From Candidatus Shapirobacteria bacterium (GTDB lineage Bacteria > Patescibacteriota > Microgenomatia > UBA12405), in contig JACPHO010000002.1 of NCBI GenBank assembly GCA_016188545.1, positions 64,013-128,012 of the forward strand: a DNA stretch of 64,000 nucleotides, written 5' to 3'. A program made the translations under genes and the position numbers. Of this stretch, positions 1-10,218 are shown in pieces. The first letter of the stretch is position 1; every line of letters starts with the position of its first letter. Below the pieces are notes generated by a model that had not been told where the DNA came from, ran no database searches, and worked only from the letters and a program-made list of their open reading frames with translations.

Positions 1-1
1 A

Positions 2-232
2 CCTAAAACATTTGGGAGTCTGGATTATTTTCCACTTATCCCCTGGTTTGGGGTGATGTTGTTGGGTGTGATAATTGGGAAAAGTTTATCTAAAAAGCTA
101 GAATTGAATGTGGGAGCGGTAAGTGGTATGTGTAAACTTTTGACTATGATAGGACAAAAATCACTGCTGGTGTATTTGGTACACCAGCCAATATTGTGGG
201 GAGTAATGACTCTGATCACTATTTTACGATAA
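2..232 (+). CDS. DUF1624 / heparan-alpha-glucosaminide N-acetyltransferase-domain membrane protein, 3' end only
   Basis: Not in ORF track; frame 2 reads PKTFGSLDYFPLIPWFGVMLLG...IGQKSLLVYLVHQPILWG...ILR*, with the DYFPxxPW and GxxSLxxYLxHQP motifs of this family. Confidence 0.8.
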   Translation, partial: PKTFGSLDYFPLIPWFGVMLLGVIIGKSLSKKLELNVGAVSGMCKLLTMIGQKSLLVYLVHQPILWGVMTLITILR

Positions 233-689
233 GGTTGGCATGAGGTATTCCCATGCCACAGGTTATATAATGAAGTCCTTTAGAGGTTGGAATGAACTCA
301 ATAACATTGGTTTTACCTTTTTCAAAAAACTCGACTTGAGAAGAAAAATCCGGAATCATCAAACTCCCCATACAACCGATACCATCCTCAGTGGCAGTGA
401 CTTCGAGGCGAAGTGGGACACCAAGCTTAACAGCGAACTGGGTGGGGACAAATCCATTAGGCGGTCCATAGGTGGCTCTAATAACTTCAACACTTGAATC
501 TGGCGGTGGTACTTGTGAAGGTGGAATATTTGCCGGAGGAGTCGAGACTTTAATAATCGTAGGTGTTGGCGTGATTGGCTGTCCAGAGGGGGCAAGAGAT
601 TCGGCATTTACATACCTAAACGAGTGGAGAATTACAAAACTAGCGAGAGTGAATAAAACAAATGACAATAAAGCATACTTTATTTTCAT
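219..689 (-). CDS. Exported cupredoxin-domain protein
   Basis: N-terminal TM, Pro-rich linker, GC and C-terminal CGMG motif. Confidence 0.8.
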   Translation of the reverse strand: MKIKYALLSFVLFTLASFVILHSFRYVNAESLAPSGQPITPTPTIIKVSTPPANIPPSQVPPPDSSVEVIRATYGPPNGFVPTQFAVKLGVPLRLEVTATEDGIGCMGSLMIPDFSSQVEFFEKGKTNVIEFIPTSKGLHYITCGMGIPHANLIVK

Positions 690-731
690 ATAAGCTATGG
701 CACCCTGGGGTTACCTAGGTTACCGGTAGAG

Positions 732-3700
732 TTAGTTTACTGAATCTTCAGAAGTTGGCATGACCGATGATTCGGTTTTTAAGGAGTTCAAATAATTGTC
801 TTTAAACTCGCGGGGGACGAAGTGCATCATGTCTAAACTGGTCAAAGTTCTTTTGGGTAAGCCAGCAACAATGACATTGTTGCCAAAGAAGTCTTTGAGT
901 GTATCTAGTTTCTTACTAATCAACTTCTCAGACTTCATCATGGCTGCTTCGTCGTAACCAATAGTTACCGGGAGGAATTTCATATTCCCCATGGTATAGC
1001 TGCGCTTGAGAGGGTTAACCACACTGCGAAGTAAGGCTGGGATATTGTTTCTATCGTAGAGGTAGAACATCTTCAACTCCCCCATACCAGTCTCGGTTAC
1101 AAGAATATCTTCTTTGGCAAGAAGCTTGTCAAAAGTTGAACGATTAAAAACGTGATATTCATCTAGAGCGGTTCCAGTTTGTTCGAGTATGCCAACTATT
1201 TTTACACTAGGCAGTCCAAAGAAATCTTTTAGCTCGGAGCCGACTCCGCTAATTAGTCCCTCTCCCTTCATCATTGAAGCTTCTACTGAGCCAATAATGA
1301 CACTGTTTTCTGCCGAAAGATCAAGTGAACCTTCCGCCAGTTTTAGACTTTGAGGTAAGCTGTCTAGACCCAAGAAAAGCTTGGGGAGTTTACCTACCAT
1401 TCCAATTCTTGATGGATTGTTAATAAGTGCTTGGTTTATTTCAGTCTGAACTGAGGGATTATTGACTAGATAAGCAGCTAGAGCAGTTGATTTTTCCATA
1501 CCTCCCATTTGTGACGAGAAGCGGGCAAATTCAAAGAAAATGGTGATAAAGACAGCTACCATAGCATAGGGTGCCAGCTTGGAAACCCAGTTAAATTTAC
1601 CGGGTTTATACAACTTCAGTGTCAAAGAATTGGTAACGACCGAGACTGAAGAGAGAGCCATAGCAAGACCGGCCAACTCTGGTTTTAGGACAATACCAGC
1701 GAATGCTAGGGCACGAGCGGCAATGGGGATTCCTAAGACATTGTAAAATAAGGCAAAGAACATATTTTGGCGTATTTTACCGACTGTTTCTCGCGACAAG
1801 CTGATGGCGGTTAAGACACCATTTAGGTCATTACTAATAATGACTATGCCTCCTGATTCCATGGCGACGTCAGCACCGGAACCCATAGCAATACCAAGAT
1901 CAGCTTGAGTAAGTGCGGGAGCGTCATTGATACCGTCTCCAACCATGGCAACTTTGAGGCCACTGTCTTGGAGTTTTTTGACTTCTTCGGCTTTGTTCTG
2001 AGGTAGAACTTCAGCTAAAACGTTAGTGATACCAACCTGACGAGCAATAGCCTCGGCGGTGCGTCGATTGTCGCCAGTGATCATATAAACGGTTATTCCT
2101 ATTTTTTGTAATTTGGAAACTACATGAGCTGAGGTTTCTTTTAACTGATCGGCGACCGCAATGACACCGAGAATTTTTTGACTATCAGCTATGATCATGG
2201 CAGTTTTGCCGTCATTTTCAAATCGCTCCATATCGAAAGAAGCTGAAAGTGGAATTCCGTTTTGTTCCATTAATTTGCGGTTACCAACATAATAGACACG
2301 ACCATTAACTTTGGCTTTGACACCGTGACCAGGAATGGCTTGAAAATCATCAAGAGGATAATTCACAGCACCGGAACTTTGACCATATTTAACAATGGCT
2401 TCTGCCAAAGGATGCTCTGATTTTTGCTCTATTGAATACAAAATAGAGAGAATTGAAGTATCACCTGGGAGATAGTTGATAAAATCGGTAACTTCAGGTT
2501 TACCCTTAGTAAGGGTACCGGTTTTGTCAAAGACAATAGCCTTGATTTTTTCGGCCATTTCTAATGGTTCCCCTCCTTTAATAAGAACACCGTATTCAGC
2601 ACCCTTACCTGTACCAACCATAATGGAAGTTGGAGTGGCCAATCCAAGAGCACAGGGACAGGCAATAACAATGACAGCGACAAAGGCGAGGAGTGAAAAG
2701 GTCAGAGTGGCACCGAGGAAGAAGTACCAAACAACGAATGTCAGAATAGCAATGGCGATAACTATCGGGACAAAGACAGAAGAAATTTTATCGGCGACTG
2801 CCTGAATTGGGGCTTTTGACCCCTGGGCATCTTCAATTAATTTGACGATTTGACTCAAGGCAGTATCGGCACCAATCTTGGTAGTTCGAAATTCGAACGA
2901 ACCAGTTTTATTGATCGAAGCAGTGAATATTTTGGAACCCACCTGTTTTTCGACAGGTAAAGATTCTCCGGTAAGAATAGATTCATCGACTGCGGAGTAA
3001 CCGGAAGTTATTTCACCATCTACTGGGATACGGTCACCAGGCCGAACGATAACAATATCACCAACGATAACCTGCTCAACTGGGATATCAATCTGTTGAC
3101 CATTTCGACTTACACGGGCAGTCTTAGGTGCTAGACCCATGAGTTTTTCAATAGCTTGCGAAGTTTTACCCTTAGCCTTGGCTTCCATGAATTTGCCTAG
3201 AGCAACGAAGGTTATTAAAAAAGCAGCTACTTCGAAATAAAGATTAGGGACTTTAAATCCGTTTAGACCAACCAGAGACCCTGTTTGCTGAAAATATTTG
3301 ACATATTCATAAACGCTGTAGGTGAAAGCAGTACCAGTACCAATAGCGATTAGTGAATCCATGCTAAAAGTACGCATTTTTAGAGCAGACCAAAATCCGG
3401 CAAAGAAATTGCTACCGACATAAAAAAGTACCGGGGTGGACAGAATAAGCGAGGCAATACCAGCATAGGGCATGATGGTGGATTCGAGGGGAACCTTAGA
3501 GGTGAAATCGTAAACCATGAAGAGAATCATGGGGATACTCAAAACAAAACCCAGGAAAAATTTGGTGAACCAGTAGCTAATTTCTTTTTGGCGTTTTTCT
3601 TTTTGGTTTTCTTCTTTTTCACCGGGAAGTGAGGCAGAGTAACCAGCCGATTCCACCCCTTTGATTAAGTCCTCCACTTTAGCTGTTGATGGATTGTAAA

Positions 3701-4172
3701 CAATACGAGCTTTTTCGGAAGCAAAGTTGACATTTACTTCGGTGACACCGTTGACTTTTTTGAGTGATCTTTCGATAAGACCGGCACATGAAGAACAGTG
3801 CATACCAGTTAAATTAAGAAGGGTGACTTGGGAAGTAGATGAAACATCTGAAGCTGGTGATATTACTTCTGTGGGCATTGTCGAATGATCATGTTCTGTT
3901 TTGTCTACAGCTATAGTATTTGAGCCCTCCTTCGCTAAAGCTACGGCGGGTAAAGCAGCATAACCAGACTCTTTAATATTGGCTACCAAGTCGTTTATTT
4001 TGATTTTGGATGGGTCAAAGTCGACAGTGACTTTTTTGGTATCCAATGAGGTGGCGACAGAGGTAACACCCTTGAGATCCTTGAGACCGATGGTAATTAT
4101 CTTGGGACAGGAGGCACAATGCATGTCGGGAACCGATAAAACTACCTGCTTTGATTTTGTTTTTGATTTCAT
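732..4172 (-). CDS. copA: Cu(I)-translocating P1B ATPase with two HMA domains and C-terminal extension
   Basis: [43 protein letters not shown] and MxxSS motifs. Confidence 0.95.
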   Translation of the reverse strand: MKSKTKSKQVVLSVPDMHCASCPKIITIGLKDLKGVTSVATSLDTKKVTVDFDPSKIKINDLVANIKESGYAALPAVALAKEGSNTIAVDKTEHDHSTMPTEVISPASDVSSTSQVTLLNLTGMHCSSCAGLIERSLKKVNGVTEVNVNFASEKARIVYNPSTAKVEDLIKGVESAGYSASLPGEKEENQKEKRQKEISYWFTKFFLGFVLSIPMILFMVYDFTSKVPLESTIMPYAGIASLILSTPVLFYVGSNFFAGFWSALKMRTFSMDSLIAIGTGTAFTYSVYEYVKYFQQTGSLVGLNGFKVPNLYFEVAAFLITFVALGKFMEAKAKGKTSQAIEKLMGLAPKTARVSRNGQQIDIPVEQVIVGDIVIVRPGDRIPVDGEITSGYSAVDESILTGESLPVEKQVGSKIFTASINKTGSFEFRTTKIGADTALSQIVKLIEDAQGSKAPIQAVADKISSVFVPIVIAIAILTFVVWYFFLGATLTFSLLAFVAVIVIACPCALGLATPTSIMVGTGKGAEYGVLIKGGEPLEMAEKIKAIVFDKTGTLTKGKPEVTDFINYLPGDTSILSILYSIEQKSEHPLAEAIVKYGQSSGAVNYPLDDFQAIPGHGVKAKVNGRVYYVGNRKLMEQNGIPLSASFDMERFENDGKTAMIIADSQKILGVIAVADQLKETSAHVVSKLQKIGITVYMITGDNRRTAEAIARQVGITNVLAEVLPQNKAEEVKKLQDSGLKVAMVGDGINDAPALTQADLGIAMGSGADVAMESGGIVIISNDLNGVLTAISLSRETVGKIRQNMFFALFYNVLGIPIAARALAFAGIVLKPELAGLAMALSSVSVVTNSLTLKLYKPGKFNWVSKLAPYAMVAVFITIFFEFARFSSQMGGMEKSTALAAYLVNNPSVQTEINQALINNPSRIGMVGKLPKLFLGLDSLPQSLKLAEGSLDLSAENSVIIGSVEASMMKGEGLISGVGSELKDFFGLPSVKIVGILEQTGTALDEYHVFNRSTFDKLLAKEDILVTETGMGELKMFYLYDRNNIPALLRSVVNPLKRSYTMGNMKFLPVTIGYDEAAMMKSEKLISKKLDTLKDFFGNNVIVAGLPKRTLTSLDMMHFVPREFKDNYLNSLKTESSVMPTSEDSVN
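3924..3954. repeat. REP-like palindrome inside copA linker (encodes [10 protein letters not shown])
   Basis: GCCCTCCTTCGCTAAAGCTACGGCGGGTAAA; related copies at 35077, 35401, 38977, 44998, 46982. Confidence 0.7.
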
Positions 4173-4181
4173 AGTTTTTTG

Positions 4182-4197
4182 TACTACTTGCGTAGTA
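4182..4197. promoter_or_regulatory. BlaI-type operator-like site upstream of copA
   Basis: TACTAC-N4-GTAGTA 10 bp before the copA start; spacer one base shorter than the other two copies. Confidence 0.55.
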
Positions 4198-4214
4198 GTT
4201 AATAATAAAAAAAA

Positions 4215-4433
4215 TTAAATTGTGGTGGCAGTGTACCCGCTTTCTTTGATAGTACTAATTAATTCTACAGGGGAAACTGTATCGGGGTCATATTCAACGA
4301 CAACAAGTTTTGTGTCGAGAGAAGCGTTAGCAACGACAACTCCCTGCCTATCTTGAAGGTCTAACTGAATAAGACGTGGGCAAGAGGGACAGTGCATGTC
4401 ATCTACTTTAAAGGTGATAGTTTGAGTAGTCAT
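4215..4433 (-). CDS. copZ: Copper chaperone (HMA domain)
   Basis: 72 aa, DMHCPSC motif, directly upstream of copA. Confidence 0.85.
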   Translation of the reverse strand: MTTQTITFKVDDMHCPSCPRLIQLDLQDRQGVVVANASLDTKLVVVEYDPDTVSPVELISTIKESGYTATTI

Positions 4434-4500
4434 TGGGAATAATTAAGAATTAATAATTAGGAATTAGGAATTTAGTTTGCTTAATAAATTATTAAAATAT

Positions 4501-4887
4501 TTAATTGACGACTTCGAAGGAACCGGTGTACATGCCCATGCTACAACTAAATTTGTAAACTCCAGGTTTTGCGGCAGTAAACTCTTGGGTAACGGTTGTA
4601 TTTGGTGAGAGAGCAATCATGCCAGAAAAAAATGAAGGGGCAACAAGCGCACTGGCGCAGCCAGCGTTGCCAACACTGGTAATCTGCCAAGAGACAGGGA
4701 TGCCGGCACGAATTTTGAGACGAGACGGTGAATAGCCCGAGCCAGAGGCGGACATCTTGACAATTTGCTTACCATTAACAATTTCAGGAAGATTGGCAGC
4801 TGAGACATTACCTGGCTGACGACTAAAGAACCAAAAGACAAAACCGGCTAACATTACAAAAATTCCAACTAAATAAAAGTTTTTCAT
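4501..4887 (-). CDS. Membrane-anchored cupredoxin-domain protein
   Basis: N-terminal TM, GYSP, GC and FSCSMGMY motifs. Confidence 0.85.
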   Translation of the reverse strand: MKNFYLVGIFVMLAGFVFWFFSRQPGNVSAANLPEIVNGKQIVKMSASGSGYSPSRLKIRAGIPVSWQITSVGNAGCASALVAPSFFSGMIALSPNTTVTQEFTAAKPGVYKFSCSMGMYTGSFEVVN

Positions 4888-4901
4888 ATTTTTTTAAATT
4901 A

Positions 4902-6410
4902 TTAACGGACACCTCCACAGGTAGCTCCCCCACCGCCACCACAACCCTGCCGGTCGGCAGGCAGGCTTTGGCTCAGATCGGAGTTGTTAATTGCCCCAGT
5001 TGATCCACTTGTGTCGACTACTTCGACGGTACCAGTGACCATGCCCATCCAACAACTGAATTTGTAAACCCCAGGCTTGGGTGAAGTAAATTCTTTGACG
5101 GAAGTAGTGCCATCGACAAGATCAATTTGACCTTCGAATAGACCACGGGACATAATGGCGTTGGTGCAGCCGCTGATGTTGTTGGAAGTGATTTCCCAAC
5201 GAGTTAGGGTATTGGCTCTCATTACTATACGGTTGGGGGTGTATCCAGAGGCAGAGGCGTTTATTTTTATAATCTGTTTACCGTTTACTAAAGCTGGTAA
5301 TTCACCAGCATTTAACGTTGACTGGCTAGTGGGTTGACTACCAACAAGATCATTGATGTTGGTAATGCCCAGGACAGATAATTGGGCATTAATATTGAAA
5401 GCTGCAAAAAATAAGACCAATAGACCAGCTATCATGGAAAAGTTTGAAGCCAGACGTGGATTGCTATAGAACTTAACACTACTAAGACCTATGGCCAGAA
5501 GTCCTGGTACTGTTCCAAGAGCAAACAGACCCATGATCAGAGATCCAGTCAATGGACTTCCTGAAGCTAGGGCAAGTGCCTGGGCAGTGATGGTAAACCC
5601 GCAAGGGAGAAAAAAGGTAAGGGCACCCATTAGAAGTGGCGCCAACTTACCAGTAAAATTTGACTCATCTGAAAGCCTTCCGGTAAGTGATTTTGGTAAT
5701 CTAATCTGGAATCGCTGGAGTGACTTGATGCCAAGCATTTGGAGACCAAGTAAAATCATCAAAAGAGAGACTCCAATTACCATGGAGGCTGAAACTAAAG
5801 GTGAAAGTCGAAAATAGTTTCCAATTAACCCAAGCATACCGCCAAAAAATGCATAACCTAACACGCGACCTGCGTTAAAGAGGAGGTGTGGTTGGGCTTT
5901 TTTGGCAAACGAGTCACCTGGACTGTAGAGCGATAGCCATTGTTTACTAACTGAGAGGACAATACCTCCGACTAGAGCAGCACAACTACTGACTCCGGCC
6001 AATAAACCAAAAAAGAAGAAAACTATCAGAGAAGACTGGGCGTTAACAGATATAGCTGAAGAAAATCCGGTTTGAGAAAGAAAAATATATCCGAGTATAA
6101 ATAGAAGTGCGTAGAATATTGATGAAATTATGGTTGAGGGCTGGTTTGATGGTGTGGGACAGGTGTCATCTTGAATGATGGTGGTGTGCTTAAATGGATT
6201 TAAAGAAAAAGAATAACCATCTACTTCAAACATTTCATTTAGTTTTTTGTGGGTAAGCTTGAATCCTGGGATTGTTTCTAAAGTGAGTGTATTTTTAGTA
6301 AGAGAGACGTCGGCGAAGTTGACACCGGCGGTTTTCTTAAGACGTTTTTCAATTAGAAGTTCGCAGGAGGGACAATGGAGACCTTTGATGAAATAGACTG
6401 TACGTTTCAT
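4902..6410 (-). CDS. HMA + DsbD_2 (UreH-like membrane domain) + cupredoxin fusion protein
   Basis: GLHCPSC, SSCAALVGG, FNAGRVLGY, FFLPCG, FSCWMGM; C-terminal GCGGGGGATCG. Confidence 0.88.
   Translation of the reverse strand: MKRTVYFIKGLHCPSCELLIEKRLKKTAGVNFADVSLTKNTLTLETIPGFKLTHKKLNEMFEVDGYSFSLNPFKHTTIIQDDTCPTPSNQPSTIISSIFYALLFILGYIFLSQTGFSSAISVNAQSSLIVFFFFGLLAGVSSCAALVGGIVLSVSKQWLSLYSPGDSFAKKAQPHLLFNAGRVLGYAFFGGMLGLIGNYFRLSPLVSASMVIGVSLLMILLGLQMLGIKSLQRFQIRLPKSLTGRLSDESNFTGKLAPLLMGALTFFLPCGFTITAQALALASGSPLTGSLIMGLFALGTVPGLLAIGLSSVKFYSNPRLASNFSMIAGLLVLFFAAFNINAQLSVLGITNINDLVGSQPTSQSTLNAGELPALVNGKQIIKINASASGYTPNRIVMRANTLTRWEITSNNISGCTNAIMSRGLFEGQIDLVDGTTSVKEFTSPKPGVYKFSCWMGMVTGTVEVVDTSGSTGAINNSDLSQSLPADRQGCGGGGGATCGGVR
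4946..4965. repeat. Short GC-rich palindrome, in frame (LPADRQG)
   Basis: CCTGCCGGTCGGCAGGCAGG; related intergenic copy CATGCCTACCGGCAGGCAGG at 20310-20329. Confidence 0.65.
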
Positions 6411-6411
6411 A

Positions 6412-6447
6412 TACTACACAGTGTAGTACATGCTAAATATTTGTCAA
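6412..6447 (-). promoter_or_regulatory. Sigma70 promoter overlapped by BlaI-type operator
   Basis: Minus strand TTGACA-16-TACACT-9-ATG; palindrome TACTAC-N5-GTAGTA at 6412-6428. Confidence 0.75.
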
Positions 6448-7391
6448 GAAGATAAACTGGGGAAGTCACAGTTTTGGTTGTTAATAATTGGTGGGGGCAT
6501 AAGATGGTCTGGAGTGACTAAGTTTTGGAAACATTTGACAAGATGTTGACATTGATAAAAGAAGTCAGTCTGATTTAAATAAGCCACAGAAACTATCAAG
6601 AGACTGATCATTAACAGATTAGGATAGAGTATGGAGCCGAAGAATAATTTCTTCTTACCAACTAATATTTTGATACGTTCAGATTGGGCGGAAAAGTGAC
6701 TTAGATAATAATATTTAGGACGAAAAGACTCTTGGATCTTAATTAGGGCGGTTATAAGGGAGTCAGGATGAGTGGTTGAATTTTGGGAGTGAATATCACA
6801 ACCTATTTCGATAAGAGTGTAATACTGTCCAAAAAACCAACTTTTACAGGGGAAGTAAGGGGTAATATAGGAAATAAAATCTACAAAGAGATTTTTAAGT
6901 GGATCAAAATTATGACGATGAGATTGTTCGTGGTTTAGGATGGAGCTTAGTTCGTCCGGAGTGGAGACTTGGATGACCTTATCTGAAACAAAGACTTGCG
7001 GTTTTAGCAAACCGGCAGTAAAAACAGTGGCATAGTTGGAGCTGAATACTTTATAGAGAGCATTTGTTTTAATAATGTTTAACGAGCTTAAATATTTTGA
7101 AGTGTTAATTACTTGGCTAAGCAGCCGATAGAATCCAGATACGACTAAAGTGAGAAGGTATGTCCAAAGTATTCCGGCGGAAAACTGAGTTAAAAAATCC
7201 TGACGGGTAAAAAGAGTCGATATAGAATTGGGATGAACAATAAGTGAATCAAAAAGATAAATAAACTGCATAAGAAACCCAGAATATATTTTTTGACTAA
7301 AGAACGTCAGTGAGGTGAAATAGGTTAGACCAACTAAGATAATAAGAATAAATGAAAGCTGGCGATAGAAATTGACAGCTGTTGATTTCAT
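6444..7391 (-). CDS. M56 (BlaR1-like) membrane metallopeptidase without a penicillin-binding sensor domain
   Basis: FTAGLLKPQVFVS, HEQSH, DP, ExxCD, ERI motifs; overlaps the blaI stop. Confidence 0.85.
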   Translation of the reverse strand: MKSTAVNFYRQLSFILIILVGLTYFTSLTFFSQKIYSGFLMQFIYLFDSLIVHPNSISTLFTRQDFLTQFSAGILWTYLLTLVVSGFYRLLSQVINTSKYLSSLNIIKTNALYKVFSSNYATVFTAGLLKPQVFVSDKVIQVSTPDELSSILNHEQSHRHNFDPLKNLFVDFISYITPYFPCKSWFFGQYYTLIEIGCDIHSQNSTTHPDSLITALIKIQESFRPKYYYLSHFSAQSERIKILVGKKKLFFGSILYPNLLMISLLIVSVAYLNQTDFFYQCQHLVKCFQNLVTPDHLMPPPIINNQNCDFPSLSS

Positions 7392-7750
7392 TTTTTATTT
7401 AGATAGTTTTTAAGAAGCTCCAGATCTTCATTGTTTGACTTGAGAGAATCGACAAACTGGGATATGGCTAATTTGCCGTAGGAATGTACCAGACCATTAT
7501 AGATTCCAGAGAGATTGGTTTTGACAAAATCTTCACGGCAGTGACAAGGAGCATAGAGAAAAGCTTTTCCAGCTAGCTTACGACAGGCAAAGTTTTTGTC
7601 AGTAAGTCTTTTGAGGATGGTCATGACGGTAGTGTAGGCGTAATCCCCTTTTAGAAGATTTTTGACATCCTGTGGTTTTAGGGGATTCTCTGAGTTCCAA
7701 AGGATTTCCATTACTTGCTGTTCGAGTGGACCCAACATATCAGTTTTCAT
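7388..7750 (-). CDS. BlaI/MecI/CopY family repressor
   Basis: LGPLEQQVMEILW, AYTTVMTILKRL, AFLY; start moved to ATG 7750 on promoter spacing. Confidence 0.9.
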   Translation of the reverse strand: MKTDMLGPLEQQVMEILWNSENPLKPQDVKNLLKGDYAYTTVMTILKRLTDKNFACRKLAGKAFLYAPCHCREDFVKTNLSGIYNGLVHSYGKLAISQFVDSLKSNNEDLELLKNYLNKK

Positions 7751-7786
7751 ACTACTGAGTGTAGTAGATAACCACAAGGAAGTCAA
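7750..7786 (-). promoter_or_regulatory. Promoter with BlaI-type operator (autoregulation)
   Basis: Minus strand TTGACT-17-TACACT-7-ATG; TACTAC-N5-GTAGTA at 7750-7766. Confidence 0.78.
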
Positions 7787-7808
7787 TTATTGTCAATGAT
7801 AAAATAAT

Positions 7809-8603
7809 TTGGTGAGCAAACTAAATTTGGCGGTCATATTTTGGTTTTATAAAGAACCGGAAATTTGTATCAATAGGCTTATGTTAATAAAAAAACATAA
7901 CCCTGATTTAAAAATATTTGGAGTTTTTGGAGGTAAGCGGGAAGAAGAGTATTTGTATAAAGAAAAACTTGGTAAATATCTGGATGATTTTTATTGCCAC
8001 ACATCAACGGATAATGATTGGAAATGGATACATGGAGATTTGATGTTACTAGATTGGTATCGAGAAAGAGGAAACAAACTAGATTGGGATAGTGTAGTAA
8101 TAGTGCAATGGGATATGCTAGTTTTTGATAGTTTTAATAATCAATTTCCAAATATAAAGAAAAATGAAATGTTTTTGTCTGGATTACAAACTTTAGATAA
8201 ATACACAGAAGTTAATTGGGAGTGGACTAGCCCACTTCGAGAATATCGAAAAGATTTTGATAATTTTTTAAAATTTGCTAAAGAAAAATATGGATATAAG
8301 AAAGATGAATTGCCATGTTGTTTGTTTATTATTGAAATAATACCGAGAATATTTTTTGAAAAATACTTGACTGTGGAAAATAAGGATGTGGGAATGTTGG
8401 AATACAAAATACCTATTTATAGAGAAATATTTGATATTCCTATATACAAGAAAAACGTCGGGGCTCATTGGTGGGGAAATGTAGAACAATTCCCGTTAAA
8501 CGCAGAACCAACTGAAATAAAAACTAGATATATTGAAGCAGAACTAGAAAAGGAATATGGATGGAGAATTTTCCATCCATATTTTAAAATTTGGGATAAA
8601 TAA
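7809..8603 (+). CDS. Hypothetical protein, possibly glycosyltransferase-like
   Basis: 264 aa AT-rich ORF; hydrophobic strand-WD motif and C-terminal FHP loosely recall a GT-A fold. Confidence 0.6.
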   Translation: MVSKLNLAVIFWFYKEPEICINRLMLIKKHNPDLKIFGVFGGKREEEYLYKEKLGKYLDDFYCHTSTDNDWKWIHGDLMLLDWYRERGNKLDWDSVVIVQWDMLVFDSFNNQFPNIKKNEMFLSGLQTLDKYTEVNWEWTSPLREYRKDFDNFLKFAKEKYGYKKDELPCCLFIIEIIPRIFFEKYLTVENKDVGMLEYKIPIYREIFDIPIYKKNVGAHWWGNVEQFPLNAEPTEIKTRYIEAELEKEYGWRIFHPYFKIWDK

Positions 8604-8627
8604 CGAGGGTTATAAATACCTTGAATA

Positions 8628-8984
8628 CTAAGGTTCAATCTTTTGGAGCTTGGCCATGCGATTGAAAGAAGCGATAACTTCGTCACCGTAACTATCAAAA
8701 AGCCTCTCAAAAAGATCATCGAGACAGCCACAGGCATAGGTAGATTTATCCTGGACCGGTGTGTAATAAAAAACATTCCCCTTCTGCTTTCGGGTTACTA
8801 AATCTTTGTCAAACATCCTTTTAAGGACGGTGGTGATAGTGGTGTAGGCATGGCTATTACCAAGGGTTTTGACGATTTGAGAAGGCTTCTGGGCTGTAGT
8901 ACTATGCCAGAGGGCATCCATGATTTTTTGTTCGAGTCCCCCGAGCATTTTACACTTGGCATTACAGTTACAATCACAGCTCAT
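8628..8984 (-). CDS. Second BlaI/CopY family repressor with Cys-rich N-terminus
   Basis: MSCDCNCNAKC then LGGLEQKIMDALW, AYTTITTVLKRM. Confidence 0.88.
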   Translation of the reverse strand: MSCDCNCNAKCKMLGGLEQKIMDALWHSTTAQKPSQIVKTLGNSHAYTTITTVLKRMFDKDLVTRKQKGNVFYYTPVQDKSTYACGCLDDLFERLFDSYGDEVIASFNRMAKLQKIEP

Positions 8985-9057
8985 AGCCCATTATACTACG
9001 ACGTGTGTCGCTACTGAAACTGAGCTGAAAACAGCTATCGGGTATACTAGTTAAGCT

Positions 9058-10218
9058 ATGATAAATCTTCTAAGACCATATTTAGTAATTCCAAAACTAA
9101 TTCAACAAAAGACATGGGGTGGTGAATACATATCATCGAAAAAAGGAATCCAGCTCGACAGTAATAATTCCTTAAAATTGGGACAGAGTTACGAACTCTT
9201 TTCTGGATCGAAGTTGACGTTGATGAACGAAGGTAAACAATATGAGGTGGGACACCCAGACCGGGATGAAATTGATAAGGAGTTGTCGATACCCATTGTC
9301 GAAGGTATAAGCCTTTTTGAACTGTCAGAGATAAATCCGGAAATGGCACTGGGGACCAACGTTACAAAAAATGGCAATGCAATGCCACTACTTTTAAAAT
9401 TGACCCAAGCTAAAGGTAACTCTTTCCAGCTACATATTAAACCAGGAACAAGCGATCCTCGGTGGCTGTCAAAATCGGAGACTTGGTATTTTTTTGAGAA
9501 AGGAAAAGTGACTTACGGTATTTCTAGAGGAATTTCGGTAAAGGACTATAAGGATGCATGTGTATTAATTGATCGAGAAATGAAAGAAATTAGCCAACTA
9601 ATTGTCGGCCAGAAACTGTCTGTAGATGAAGCAAGAATAAGGGCGAATGAACTCACTAAAAAAATAAATCCATGGCAATTTGTACAGCGCAGAACAGCAG
9701 AGGTTGGGCAAATATTTGACTTAAGTCAGGGGGGAATTCACCATTCGTGGGAAGAAGACTCTTTGAACAGTAATGGAAATATACTTTATGAAGTTCAAAA
9801 AGACCGAATGGATCCTTTTTCGACTATCAGGGCATTTGACCAAGGGAAAATTGATGATAAGGGAAATATCCGAGAGGTAAATATTGATGACTATTTTAAG
9901 TATTTGGATACTAGTGATGAGTTAAACATGGGAAGTTTTTCGGGTAAGAGTGATGGTTTAAACAATGCATTTACAACAAAGGACTATGCTATGGACATCA
10001 TTGAGTTTGAAAAAAATGTAAGTGATTCGACAGATGCTTCTTTTTGCCATTACTTCGTAAAGAATGGGAGGATAAAAGTAGAGACTGACGAAGGGTGGGT
10101 AACGGTGGAGAGAGGGTGGAGTTGTTTTGTGCCAGCTGCGGCCGCAAACGAAGTCAAAATTGAAAGTTTAGACGACAGAGCAACCATACTAAAGACTTAT
10201 GTCCCGACAAAAAACTGA
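9058..10218 (+). CDS. Mannose-6-phosphate isomerase class I-like cupin
   Basis: TWGG, PLLLK, SFQLH, KSETW, HH and YEVQ motifs. Confidence 0.7.
   Translation: MINLLRPYLVIPKLIQQKTWGGEYISSKKGIQLDSNNSLKLGQSYELFSGSKLTLMNEGKQYEVGHPDRDEIDKELSIPIVEGISLFELSEINPEMALGTNVTKNGNAMPLLLKLTQAKGNSFQLHIKPGTSDPRWLSKSETWYFFEKGKVTYGISRGISVKDYKDACVLIDREMKEISQLIVGQKLSVDEARIRANELTKKINPWQFVQRRTAEVGQIFDLSQGGIHHSWEEDSLNSNGNILYEVQKDRMDPFSTIRAFDQGKIDDKGNIREVNIDDYFKYLDTSDELNMGSFSGKSDGLNNAFTTKDYAMDIIEFEKNVSDSTDASFCHYFVKNGRIKVETDEGWVTVERGWSCFVPAAAANEVKIESLDDRATILKTYVPTKN

Noticed and set aside
25-219. Minus-strand 64 aa ORF
   Set aside because: Shadow of the plus-strand DUF1624-like gene end
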